Shown: piece by piece, positions 29,595 through 39,800 of the stretch
How the letters are laid out: every line of letters starts with the position of its first letter
Numbering within the stretch: the first letter of the stretch is position 1
Origin: an uncultured bacterium
Lineage (GTDB): Bacteria; Omnitrophota; Omnitrophia; Omnitrophales; Abzuiibacteriaceae
Assembly: GCA_964387845.1 (NCBI GenBank)
Contig: CAYLXA010000010.1
Coordinates: 1 to 64,000, forward strand
Length of the DNA: 64,000 nucleotides
Direction: 5' to 3'
The notes under the pieces: model-generated
What the model was told of the DNA's origin: nothing
What the model saw: only the letters and a program-made list of their open reading frames with translations
The model's database searches: none
Translations under genes and position numbers: made by a program

Positions 29595-29599
29595 CAAAA

Positions 29600-30007
29600 T
29601 TACCGCTTCGTAAATTGGAAACTTCGGCGGGCGCCTTTGCGGCCGTACTTTTTGCGCTCTTTCCCGCGCGGATCGCGGGTCAAGAATCCGCCGCGGCGCA
29701 GAGTGGAACGCAAAGTTTCATTAAATTGAAGAAGCGCGCGCGCAACACCTAAGCGAATAGCACCGGCTTGTCCGGTAGGGCCTCCGCCGTTTACACTTGC
29801 GGAGACGGCAAACTTACCGACTGTTTCGGTAAGCTCAAGCGGTTGATTGACGATCATGATTAAAGTCTCACGTCCAAAAAATTGGTCGATCGGTTTATCG
29901 TTAACGGTAATGCCGTTTCCGCCTTCTGTGATCCAAACACGAGCGATGGATTCTTTGCGGCGGCCTGTTGCGTAAAATGTGTTCGCTTTTTCTTTAATGG
30001 CGGTCAT
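29600..30007 (-). CDS. rpsI: 30S ribosomal protein S9
   Basis: [11 protein letters not shown]... and C-terminal ...[10 protein letters not shown]. Confidence 0.9.
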   Translation of the reverse strand: MTAIKEKANTFYATGRRKESIARVWITEGGNGITVNDKPIDQFFGRETLIMIVNQPLELTETVGKFAVSASVNGGGPTGQAGAIRLGVARALLQFNETLRSTLRRGGFLTRDPRGKERKKYGRKGARRSFQFTKR

Positions 30008-30009
30008 GA

Positions 30010-30438
30010 TTAATTAAGAACCTCGGGTTTTTGAGCCTGCTGCTCATGATTGGCGTCTTCGTAAACGTGTAAATGTTTCAGGAGTTTGTCGCCCATGCGG
30101 TTTTTCGGAAGCATTTTGCGGACCGCTTCGGTGATTACATAAGTCGGTTTTTTCTCAAGCAGTGTTTCAAGATTGTACTCGCGGCGCCCGCCCGGATAAC
30201 CCGTGTAGTGCGCGTAAATTTTATCCCTGCGCTTGTTGTTGCCCTTGATGCCGACTTTCTTGGCGTTAATAACAACAATATAATCGCCGCATTCAATATG
30301 AGGCGTGTAAATGGTTTTGCGTTTGCCCATCAGCAAAGTGGCGATTCGAGCGGCCAGGCGTCCCAACACCTTATCAGTCGCATCAATCAGGTACCACTTG
30401 CGTTCAACTTGTTTTGGTATAAATGTCTTTGCCAACAT
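30010..30438 (-). CDS. rplM: 50S ribosomal protein L13
   Basis: [27 protein letters not shown]-terminus. Confidence 0.9.
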   Translation of the reverse strand: MLAKTFIPKQVERKWYLIDATDKVLGRLAARIATLLMGKRKTIYTPHIECGDYIVVINAKKVGIKGNNKRRDKIYAHYTGYPGGRREYNLETLLEKKPTYVITEAVRKMLPKNRMGDKLLKHLHVYEDANHEQQAQKPEVLN

Positions 30439-30471
30439 GTTAACTTCCCTTTCTAGGAAAAATGAGCGGTA

Positions 30472-30502
30472 AGTATAGCAGAACGCTCAAAAGAATGTCA
30501 AA
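30472..30502 (-). promoter_or_regulatory. Candidate sigma70 promoter for rplM-rpsI (TTGACA-N18-TATACT on the minus strand)
   Basis: Reverse complement of 30497..30502 is TTGACA and of 30472..30477 is TATACT. GGAAG SD precedes the rplM ATG. Confidence 0.45.
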
Positions 30503-30531
30503 AGGTCTTTTTAGGTGTAATTTCGGCCTTT

Positions 30532-31677
30532 TTAGGGGTTTTGGGGGTATTTCCTGAATGCTTTGATCAGTTTTTCTGCCGAATGCTTCCAGGTGAAACT
30601 CTCAGCCCTTGCCTTTGCTTTTTGAATCAGCGAAGCTTTCTCCTGCTGATTAATAGAAAGCACATGCCTGATTTTGGCCGCCAAATCTGAAGCATTCCCG
30701 GCCTCAAAGTAAGCGGCTGTATCACCGCACACTTCCGGAATAGACGCGCACTTCGTCGTGATCACGGGAACTTGCGCCATCATGGCCTCTGCGAGCGGCA
30801 GCCCAAATCCTTCATAAAGCGACGGTAAAACAAAAAGCTCGGCGCCTTGGAAAAGCGGAACAAGCTGGGGCTTGTAAAAATGCTGCAAGCGGACCACGCG
30901 GCCTTTTGTGATTTGCGCTGTTATTTTTTCAAGCTCGCTTTCTCCGCGCCTGGGCTGTCCGACAATCACAAGCCTGTGCGGAATTTCGTTGGCAATTTGT
31001 GCAAATGCTTTTGCAAGCACGTGAACATTTTTATGCGGATAAGTATTTGCGACGCAAAGAATGTAAGGGATTTTGGTATCCGGCAAAATGTCTTTTAGAA
31101 TCCTGTTTCGCTCATCCACCGAATAGGGCTTCGCAAAATCCCGGCTGACACCGCAAAAAGTCACGTGGATTTTCTCAGGCGGCACTTGATAATGTTTTAC
31201 GATTTCGTTTTTCGAAAATTCAGAAAGGGTCAACACCAAATTCGAACGACGACTGGCGCCTTTCACCAAAAAATCCGTCGCAAATCGTGAAATGAAATTT
31301 AGATCTTCAGGATGCGTTTTGTATTGAACATCCAAAATCGAAACTGCCTGCGGTTTTCGGCAATAAAAAGGCGCCGTATAGCCCGGCGACCAAAGAAAAT
31401 CAATGTCGGTATTCCCCGCAATTTTCGGAAGTTCATTTTGTTCCGCGATAATACGAGCGTATCGGTTGCGCGCCTTCAAGTTAAGCTTTGTATATTGAAT
31501 ACGTTCGGAACTCGGAAAAAGGGATTTTAAAAACTCATCGTTTTCGAGATTGGTAAAAAGATGAAGCCCAATTTCCGGAAAATCCCGGACAATCGCGCCG
31601 AGCATTTCAGAGAGAATGGTTTCCGAGCCGCCGACTTCCCTGGGGATTAGAAAAAGGGTGTTAACACCGATTCTCAT
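30532..31677 (-). CDS. Glycosyltransferase family 4 (GT-B)
   Basis: [20 protein letters not shown] motif, 381 aa. 4-nt overlap with leuD. Confidence 0.8.
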   Translation of the reverse strand: MRIGVNTLFLIPREVGGSETILSEMLGAIVRDFPEIGLHLFTNLENDEFLKSLFPSSERIQYTKLNLKARNRYARIIAEQNELPKIAGNTDIDFLWSPGYTAPFYCRKPQAVSILDVQYKTHPEDLNFISRFATDFLVKGASRRSNLVLTLSEFSKNEIVKHYQVPPEKIHVTFCGVSRDFAKPYSVDERNRILKDILPDTKIPYILCVANTYPHKNVHVLAKAFAQIANEIPHRLVIVGQPRRGESELEKITAQITKGRVVRLQHFYKPQLVPLFQGAELFVLPSLYEGFGLPLAEAMMAQVPVITTKCASIPEVCGDTAAYFEAGNASDLAAKIRHVLSINQQEKASLIQKAKARAESFTWKHSAEKLIKAFRKYPQNP

Positions 31678-32318
31678 TGGGCCGGATAAAGTTGTGGATT
31701 ATGTTTTGCTTCGAATGCGCTGATGTCGGCTTCGGATTTTAATGTTTTTCCGATATCGTCCAAACCGTGAATCAAATGTTCTTTCACGGACTTGTCGATA
31801 TCGAAATGAAATGAAATTTCCTCGTCTGTGTGAAGTGTCACGCGCTGTTCATCCAAATTGATGGTGGCCTGAAGTCCCGGAAAGCGTTCGGTCATTTGGA
31901 AAATCTCTTCTACTTCGGCTTCTGATAATTCAATCGTAAGAAGCGCATTCTTGCCGCAATTATTCCGGAAAATGTCCGCAAAACCGGGGATCACGGCGCT
32001 TCCTTGTTGAACACGCGGCGCAATCACAGCGCGAAAACCGTATTGCGCAATCGCCCATACGGCATGCTCGCGGCTGGATCCGCAGCCGAAATTATTGCGC
32101 GCGACTAAAATCTCCGCGCCTTTGAATCGCGGCTGATTGAGCACAAATTCGGGGTTCGGTTTTCCGTCCGGCAAATAGCGCCAATCAAAAAACAAACTCT
32201 CGCCGAATCCGGTCCGCTTGATGGATTTTAAAAATTGTTTCGGAATGATCGCATCCGTATCGATGTTGGCGCGGTCAAGCGTCGCGATTAATCCTTTAAA
32301 TGTTTTGAATGCTTCCAT
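31674..32318 (-). CDS. leuD: 3-isopropylmalate dehydratase small subunit. The ATG start is at Met3 of the ORF-track TTG-initiated call.
   Basis: LeuD/aconitase swivel domain, about 214 aa. Confidence 0.88.
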   Translation of the reverse strand: MEAFKTFKGLIATLDRANIDTDAIIPKQFLKSIKRTGFGESLFFDWRYLPDGKPNPEFVLNQPRFKGAEILVARNNFGCGSSREHAVWAIAQYGFRAVIAPRVQQGSAVIPGFADIFRNNCGKNALLTIELSEAEVEEIFQMTERFPGLQATINLDEQRVTLHTDEEISFHFDIDKSVKEHLIHGLDDIGKTLKSEADISAFEAKHNPQLYPAQ

Positions 32319-32441
32319 TGTCAAATTTCAATATCAAATATCAAAATTCAAAATAATTTCAAATTTCTAAAATTCAAATAATTTTTATTGGAAAATTTGA
32401 ATTTAGAATTTGTTTTGAGTTTTGAAATTTGAGATTTGAAT
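32319..32441. repeat. 123-bp AT-rich imperfect palindrome filling the leuC-leuD intercistronic gap. Left arm CAAAT/CAAAAT-type repeats, right arm ATTTG/TTTTG-type repeats.
   Basis: Seen directly. ...ATTTCAAATTTCTAAAATTCAAATAATTTTTATTGGAAAATTTGAATTTAGAATTTG... The arms are approximate reverse complements. Confidence 0.5.
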
Positions 32442-33839
32442 TTACCTCCAAGTTCTAATATCCACAAAATGTCCTTCAACCGCTGCGGCGGCGGCCATTT
32501 CGGGGCTCACCAAATGGGTCCTGCCGCCTTTTCCTTGCCGGCCTTCGAAATTCCGGTTCGAAGTCGACGCTGCGCGCTCTCCGGGCTTTAATTGATCCGG
32601 ATTCATCGCGAGACACATGCTGCAGCCCGATTGGCGCCATTCGCATCCCGCGGCTTTAAAAATTTCATGAAGTCTCTCGGATTCCGCCTGCTTCAACACC
32701 TGTTGAGATCCCGGAACCACCAAAACGCGCACGCCTTTGGCGACTTTGCGGCCCTTTAAATATCGGGCGGCGTTTCTCAGGTCTTCAATGCGCGCATTTG
32801 TGCAGCTTCCTATAAAGACCGTGTCCACCTTAATATCGGTAATCGGCGTTCCCGGTTTCAAACCCATATATTGAAGCGCAAATTCGACATCTTTTTTGTT
32901 AATTCCAGGCACTTTATCCGGCTCCGGCACGCGACCCGAGACATCTGTCACCATTCCGGGGCTTGTGCCCCAGGTGACTTGCGGCGCAATCTGAGAAACA
33001 TCAATTACGAGCTCGCGGTCAAACTTAGCGCCCGAATCCGTCGGGAGTGTTTTCCAAAATTTGACTGACTTATCGAATTCCGCGCCTTTCGGCGCAAACG
33101 GCCTGTTGCCTGCGGCAATATATTGAAACGTTGTGTCATCCGGCGCAATCATACCGGCGCGTGCGCCGCCTTCGATGGACATATTGCAGATCGTCATACG
33201 CGCTTCCATGGATAACGAACGGATCGCAGCGCCCATATATTCCAAAACATAGCCCGTTCCACCGGCGGTTCCAATTTGGCCGATGAGTTTTAAAATCATA
33301 TCTTTAGAAGTCACGTTCGGCTTCAAACTGCCTTTAAACTCTACTTTGAAAGTTTTGGGCTTTTTTTGCGGCAAACATTGCGTTGCGAGTACGTGCTCCA
33401 CTTCCGACGTTCCGATGCCGAGCGCGAAAGTACCAAACGCGCCGTGCGTTGAGGTATGTGAATCGCCGCAAACAATCGTGAGGCCGGGCAGCGTGATCCC
33501 GAGCTCCGGGCCGATGATGTGCACAATTCCCTGCTCGTCGCTATTTAAATCGTAGAGTTTAATGCCAAACTCTTTGCAATTTTGCGTGAGGGCTTCGATT
33601 TGCGCCTTCGAGACGGCGTCTTTTATATTGAAGCGGTCCTCGGTGGGCACATTGTGGTCCATCGTCGCAAACGTCAGCTTTGGCTGGCGGACTTTGCGGT
33701 TTGACAGGCGGAGACCTTCAAATGCCTGAGGGCTTGTGACCTCATGGATCAGATGGCGGTCGATATAAAGGATGCTGGTACCGTCCGGCAAGGTTTTTAC
33801 CAGATGATGGTCCCATATCTTTTCGAATAAGGTTTTCAT
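32442..33839 (-). CDS. leuC: 3-isopropylmalate dehydratase large subunit
   Basis: Aconitase-family Fe-S cysteine ligands (CGDSHT ... GSCTN ... CSMC), 465 aa. Confidence 0.9.
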   Translation of the reverse strand: MKTLFEKIWDHHLVKTLPDGTSILYIDRHLIHEVTSPQAFEGLRLSNRKVRQPKLTFATMDHNVPTEDRFNIKDAVSKAQIEALTQNCKEFGIKLYDLNSDEQGIVHIIGPELGITLPGLTIVCGDSHTSTHGAFGTFALGIGTSEVEHVLATQCLPQKKPKTFKVEFKGSLKPNVTSKDMILKLIGQIGTAGGTGYVLEYMGAAIRSLSMEARMTICNMSIEGGARAGMIAPDDTTFQYIAAGNRPFAPKGAEFDKSVKFWKTLPTDSGAKFDRELVIDVSQIAPQVTWGTSPGMVTDVSGRVPEPDKVPGINKKDVEFALQYMGLKPGTPITDIKVDTVFIGSCTNARIEDLRNAARYLKGRKVAKGVRVLVVPGSQQVLKQAESERLHEIFKAAGCEWRQSGCSMCLAMNPDQLKPGERAASTSNRNFEGRQGKGGRTHLVSPEMAAAAAVEGHFVDIRTWR

Positions 33840-33891
33840 AGGGCGAGCATTATAGCGGGATTATCGCAAAATTGGAAGAGCCGCTCGCATT

Positions 33892-36800
33892 TTAGGCCGC
33901 TGTTAATTGGGCCCAAGCTGCGCGAAGTTCAGAACGTAAAGATTCGGCGATTTGGTCGACGCCAAAGCGTGTGGTCAATTGATCGGGTGATTCCAGGCGA
34001 GATTCAAACTGAACATTTCGGAGTTCAGAGCGCAATTGATCCGCAAAATGCTCGTCTTTACCTTCCACACCATAAAGCACGAATTTAATATTATTTCCGG
34101 TGATTCCTTTGAGAACGGTTGTCGCATTTGTTCGTGTCACAATGTTCACAGAGTGGTTTGCATTATCATCTCTGAAGAAATGATTTTTCAAGAACGATGC
34201 CTGCATTTGTGTGCCGCCGAAGATAACAACAGGCCCTGATTTTCTCATGACCGTTGCTCCGGCATACGCAATCGGCAGATTTTCCAACATGCCCGGTGCG
34301 ACACCATAAACAATGATTGTTTGATTATCATCGGTTTCAATTGCTTCGCTTTGTCCAGCTGTTAAAGAAACTGCTTCTTGAATTGAAGAATGAGGCAAAG
34401 TCGCATACGCTTCTTCAAATTGATTCGCCGAATTTGCCGCCCGGCCCTTAATTTCCGGCGCAATAACACTTTCCCAAGTTAAAGATTCAAATGAAACGTC
34501 AGATATATTATTTTCCTGATTTATAACGCGTAACTCGGACGAAGGCGGGATTACCAGCTTCGCCAAAGCAGCGCTTTTCGGGTCAGAAAAGCGCAATTTC
34601 GATCGACTTGAACGCCTCCTTTTTTCGCGACTAACACCTGTCTCTGTCTTTAAACGGCGCTGATGGCCACCTCTCGGAAAAACTTTTTTATTATAGGTGG
34701 GCGGCTCTTTTGTCCTAGAAAGTTTTCTATCTGGCCTTGGCTTGCCGCGATGGCTAAGCGCTCCGTAGTTTTGCCAATCATCAAGAACTCCGACTTTCGA
34801 ACCGCGGCGTCCTTGCACAAATTTGTAAATATTGCCCTTGCCATCAATATAAACAAATCTCAAGTCCCATCCATTTATAACTCTATAAACACGATCTGGA
34901 AGGCCATCTCCATCCAATTCAATCAATCTCCATTTGTGCCGGCTGTTTTCCTGAACATATACTTCAATTCTGCCAAATATTTGATGATTAAAATGATGGT
35001 AACCAATCGCTTTAAGCGGCTCCCATTGTCCATATTCATCAGGCTGATTATTCTTGACCCAAACTTCATCTGCAAAGAATTTTTCCCGCAAATTGACAAG
35101 CCTCAGATTTCCTGTGAAACCTGATTCAATAGTGCGATTGGTTTGATAGGCAGCCTGGGCAATCCATGCCATAATTACCTTTGCAATTTTTTGTTTGGAC
35201 CATTTATGATAGTAGTTAGCTGAGAAATTATCGAATGGCTTGAATTGACTTGTGATCAGTTTGTTTGAATCGAGATAAAAGCCTACAGAACCTGTACTTT
35301 CATATCCGTAACCCTCATCAAAACCGACTAGAATTTGATAATTTTGTCTACCTGCGCGAACAATCTGCAACAATACCGGATCTCGCGGAGAATAAGGATT
35401 ATTTAGTTTAACGGTATATGTTTTCCATTTTGGATTATCAAAATTTGGAATAAAATCTGCGTTCGACTTCGCGCGCAATTCGGACTTTGCGTCATCGGGA
35501 CGCGAATGATTGGCCATAGGTGCTTTTTCTACAATTTTATTATCACTATTTTCTATATTGACAGGGCCCCGTTTATTTGATATAAGAAAGTCCTCTTCGC
35601 GCACAAACTGAAAAGGAGAATTAAGAATGGTAGAACGTGAATTCACCGCAAGAGAAGTCGGTGCGCTTGTTGAATCTTTCCGGAATGACATTTCCGCCAT
35701 TGCAGAAGGCGTTAGCGGGTTGGCTGTCCGAATGGATCGGGTAGAAGCCAGACTCGCAGTGGTAGAGGTTAAATTAACGTCTGTTGAAGACGCTGTTCGC
35801 GTGGCGGTTCCCAACCACGAATCCCGCATCACCAAACTAGAATCCAAAGTTTTCGGCCGCTGATTATCTTTGCGCAGCTCGGACTTCAGAGAGGCGATTC
35901 CAAAAAACAATGCCTGGCCCTGTTCATTTTTAATTGTTTTCATCACTTGCAGACCACCATCAATAAACTTTTGAAAAATGGTTTCTGGCATTCGATGGTC
36001 TGCCCTGATTCGGCCCGTTGGACTATCCCAAGCTCCCTCAAGCTGATTATAAAAAGTTGTGGCAAAAATTCCTTTTGGTTTAAGAATACGCCTAATGCTT
36101 CGCGCGGCCCGGCTGGCCCGCTCAGTAGACCAGATTTCGATTCCAGGCTTCAATTGAAGAATGGGCATCCCCTCTTCCCTGACATAATCCCACACTGCTT
36201 CATCATCTAAATTACGGTAATGTTGCTTTGTTTCAGCGTGATTGGTAATCAATGCCCAATATAAAACCGAAGAAGCAATGATTAAATCAAATTGCTGGTC
36301 AGCAAATTGACTTAAATCCAAAATATCTGCCTGAACCGCACTCGCCCCGAACCGTTCTTTCGCAAATTGAACCGCATTCTCGTCGATATCAGCCACAATA
36401 ACATCAGCCCCTTTTTGCCGAAGCCATTCAAGGATACTTCCGTCTCTGGCAGTTCCAATTTCAAGCACCCGCTTGCCTTTCCAATAATCCTTTTTCAAAC
36501 TGTCGATTTCTCTCAATCCATGCAAAATGAGTGGTGCTGTACCGCTAGAAATCATTACATCTTCTTCGCCGCGCAGCTCGGCTCTGGCTTTCCGATTAAT
36601 ATCTGACCCGGGCACTTCATTGTGAGCCGGAGCGGACTTCGCGGCGCCTTGGTTCTCTTGCAAATCAATCGATGACATGAAAATATCCCGCCGCGATGTG
36701 ACATAGCCGGCAACATGCATGGTAGACCCTTCGACCGAAAGAGCGAGCGGCAAGTAGTCTTTGGGAAAGTGAAGCAGGCCATTTTCAAATTGCGTTTGAT

Positions 36801-39800
36801 CAATTTGATTTGAGCGGCGGTCAAGTGCAACAATCGCTGAGCCCACTTCAGGATCTTCCCTATTTAACCGATGTGGTGCAACATGCAGGTATGCGGTATT
36901 TCCAAAAATAGAGTTCGGCCAATCTTGCGTAAAAAGTTGATAGGGTTTTTGATTGATCGTCACTTCTCCTAATAAATTGCCCGCTTGATAAACAAGCTCT
37001 CCTGTCTTGATATCCACAACACCTATACCGCTCAAAGGCGCATGCGAATCAAGAATTAAATGATCCTGATTCGAGCGTAAATATCTCACATATTGAAATA
37101 ATTTCGCATTACGTTCATAAACACCTTCTTTTAGTTTGTCAGTACGCAAATGACCGCTGACAGGATCCAAGGCATAAACTTTAGAGGAGCCCAATCCTGT
37201 GAAAAATAAAACGCCTTGAGTGAAGGTGATAAGCGGCGTTGAAACTATTTCATCGGGAAATACTTGCTTCAAATCGAGAACGCCTTTTTCAAATTTGGCA
37301 TGATCTGGCTTTCCGTCACTCATCCGAAACGCGTGAATATAAGCCTGGCCTTTCCGGGCTCTGTCATCAACCGGATGGACATCTGTCTTTCGATAATAAG
37401 CAGCATACAAAGTTTGTCCATCTTCGCTCACGGCCAACGAGTTAATCCGTGCTTCCGGGTCAATCTTTTTAACCTCGTCCGACAAATTTAAACGTCCGTT
37501 CGACCACTTTTCAGACATTAATGCTTTGCGATCTAAATCAACTGCTAAAATGTCACCCGTGAACGAAGTCAAAATGTAAGCCGCATTTCCTCTGGCCACC
37601 ATTTCACGAGGCATGTCCTGAGACGAGATATGAAAGAATCTCTCATTATTTTGCCGCAACTCGGAGCGGGTTTCGGGCTTCGCTTCCATTAGTTTTTTAA
37701 TTTGAGCGCGTGCTTCTGCAATCATTTGATCCGTAATTTCACCCTGCTCTTTGCCGAGCGCCCCCAAGATTTTCGAATCTAAATTGCTTTTTTGGCTGAG
37801 TTCTAAACTGTCATAACCGATGTCTTTTTTCAATTGAACGATCTTTTTATAATTAGAAAAGGTGCGAAGAAAATTAACAACCGGATCCAGCGAGACATGC
37901 TGCCCATCGTCAGTTGCATAAGATCCCAGCAAATCCAGAGTGGTTGTTGCAATCATCAATTCAATTGCCTGGTTAAATTGATCTTCGCCGCGGATGCCTG
38001 CCTGCTCAAATTCCTGCCTTAATTTCTCCAATTGTTGAGCACGATGAATCGAAAACGCAAAAATGTGATGTTTAATGATTAATTTCAAAAGCGCATTGCT
38101 TGAAACGTCCATTTCACCGAAGTGAATATGATTGTCACTTAACACGCGAAATGATTCGAGTTCATGGCCCGGAAATGAATGGTCTCCATTCTCTTTGAAC
38201 TGCATTTTGGTTTTCTTGCCGATATCATGAAGCACGATAAATGCTTCCAATATCGCGCGGTCTTTTGCATTCCAATCCTTAATCAGATTGATCGCATCTT
38301 TGGGCGCTGTAGTGTTTCGGTCAATTTGATTGAGTGCCGAGAGAATGGCTTGTAAATGGTCCTGAAGTTTAGCATTCTGGCCGCCTTCCCTATGAAACAG
38401 GCTGTGATAATGAGGCGTTTCCAAAAAATCCGCATATTGATCCGGAATGCCAGATAACTGTTTCACCAATTCATCCAATGCTGAAGCCGGCCCATACTGG
38501 CGCAGCTCGGAGCGCTGTTCTTTTATCCATTGCACCAAACGCCGATAGTCAGTAACGCGAAGCGACATGCGGGAATTTCCGGGATTCGGCGCTATGATAA
38601 ACTGGTCGGCGGTTCCTCGAACCTTTTGGTACACAAAGACGAGAAACATACCGTAAAACCCCTGTGATTCCGGAAGGCCCCGGGCAACCCAATCCGCTTC
38701 AAGAATTGACCTGAGGACATTTGCCTTGATGGTCAACTCGTCCGGTTCCTTGTTTGCATCTAATTGTGCGATGACGGATTGAAAATATTGCAGAACTACC
38801 GCGTTTCTCCGTTGACTTTGAAGATCATTCCCCAATCCTTCAAAAAGTTTTTGCGTAAAGCGCTGCGCATTACCCATTTGATTTAAATCACGGACCAATG
38901 CCCGATATTCGCGCCGGTAAGCAAGCCATTCGTCTTCCAAATGCATATCAACGGAGCGCACAACCTTCTTAAATGCTTCCGGACTTGTTATCAATGGCTC
39001 CATGTCTGATTTGCCATGCAATTGCTTAACAAAATCAATCAGATATTTCATGCCCTCATCTGCTTCTCTGGCCAATGCGGCATTGATCAAGTGCGTACCT
39101 TCATGGATCATGACATATTTAATAATCAGAGGTGGAAAATGAAGCGCGAAGTCACGATTGATAGTCACATGAGTCACGCTTCCGTCTAATGAAGTTTTTA
39201 TACGTGCATACGAATGCCTCTGCAAAGAGCTTAATAAAGTGTCATCGAGAACGGGATTTTTTTTAAATGCCTCGATAAATTTTAATGCTGTTTTTTGATC
39301 GTCTAGGTTTGAAATTTCGGAAGCAATTTTTTCAAGGCGGTCCACAACCGCTTGAATTTCAGGGAGAAATTCGGGAGTTCTGATCCACCGCAAGATAGGC
39401 CATGCAGCAAATAAAGCGGTTGTTCCTGCACCGATTATTATTTGCCTGCGGCTTGGCAGCCAAAATTTCTTAGCAGGCTCTTCGCTTTTTACTCCCTGAC
39501 GCCGCTCCTTATTTTTTCGTCCGTTCTCACTTGCGCGCAGCTCGGCGCGGGAATTTCCGCTTGGAAGCTTGATGTTAAATTCTGCGGCTGCGTGGGCCAG
39601 CGCACGGTCGCGGTGCTCTCCATACATCAAAGCTTCCCGATGATTGTTTAGGCCTTTTTTCTTCCGAATTCGCTTTGCTTTATGCACAGAAGCCCTGGTT
39701 GAGTACTTCAAAGAAAGCGGCGCTGCCGGAAGCTGAATGCCGAACCGTTTCGCAGCATTGTAAAGCGCCCTGTCCCGATGCTTGCCTCGGGTTAACTCGC

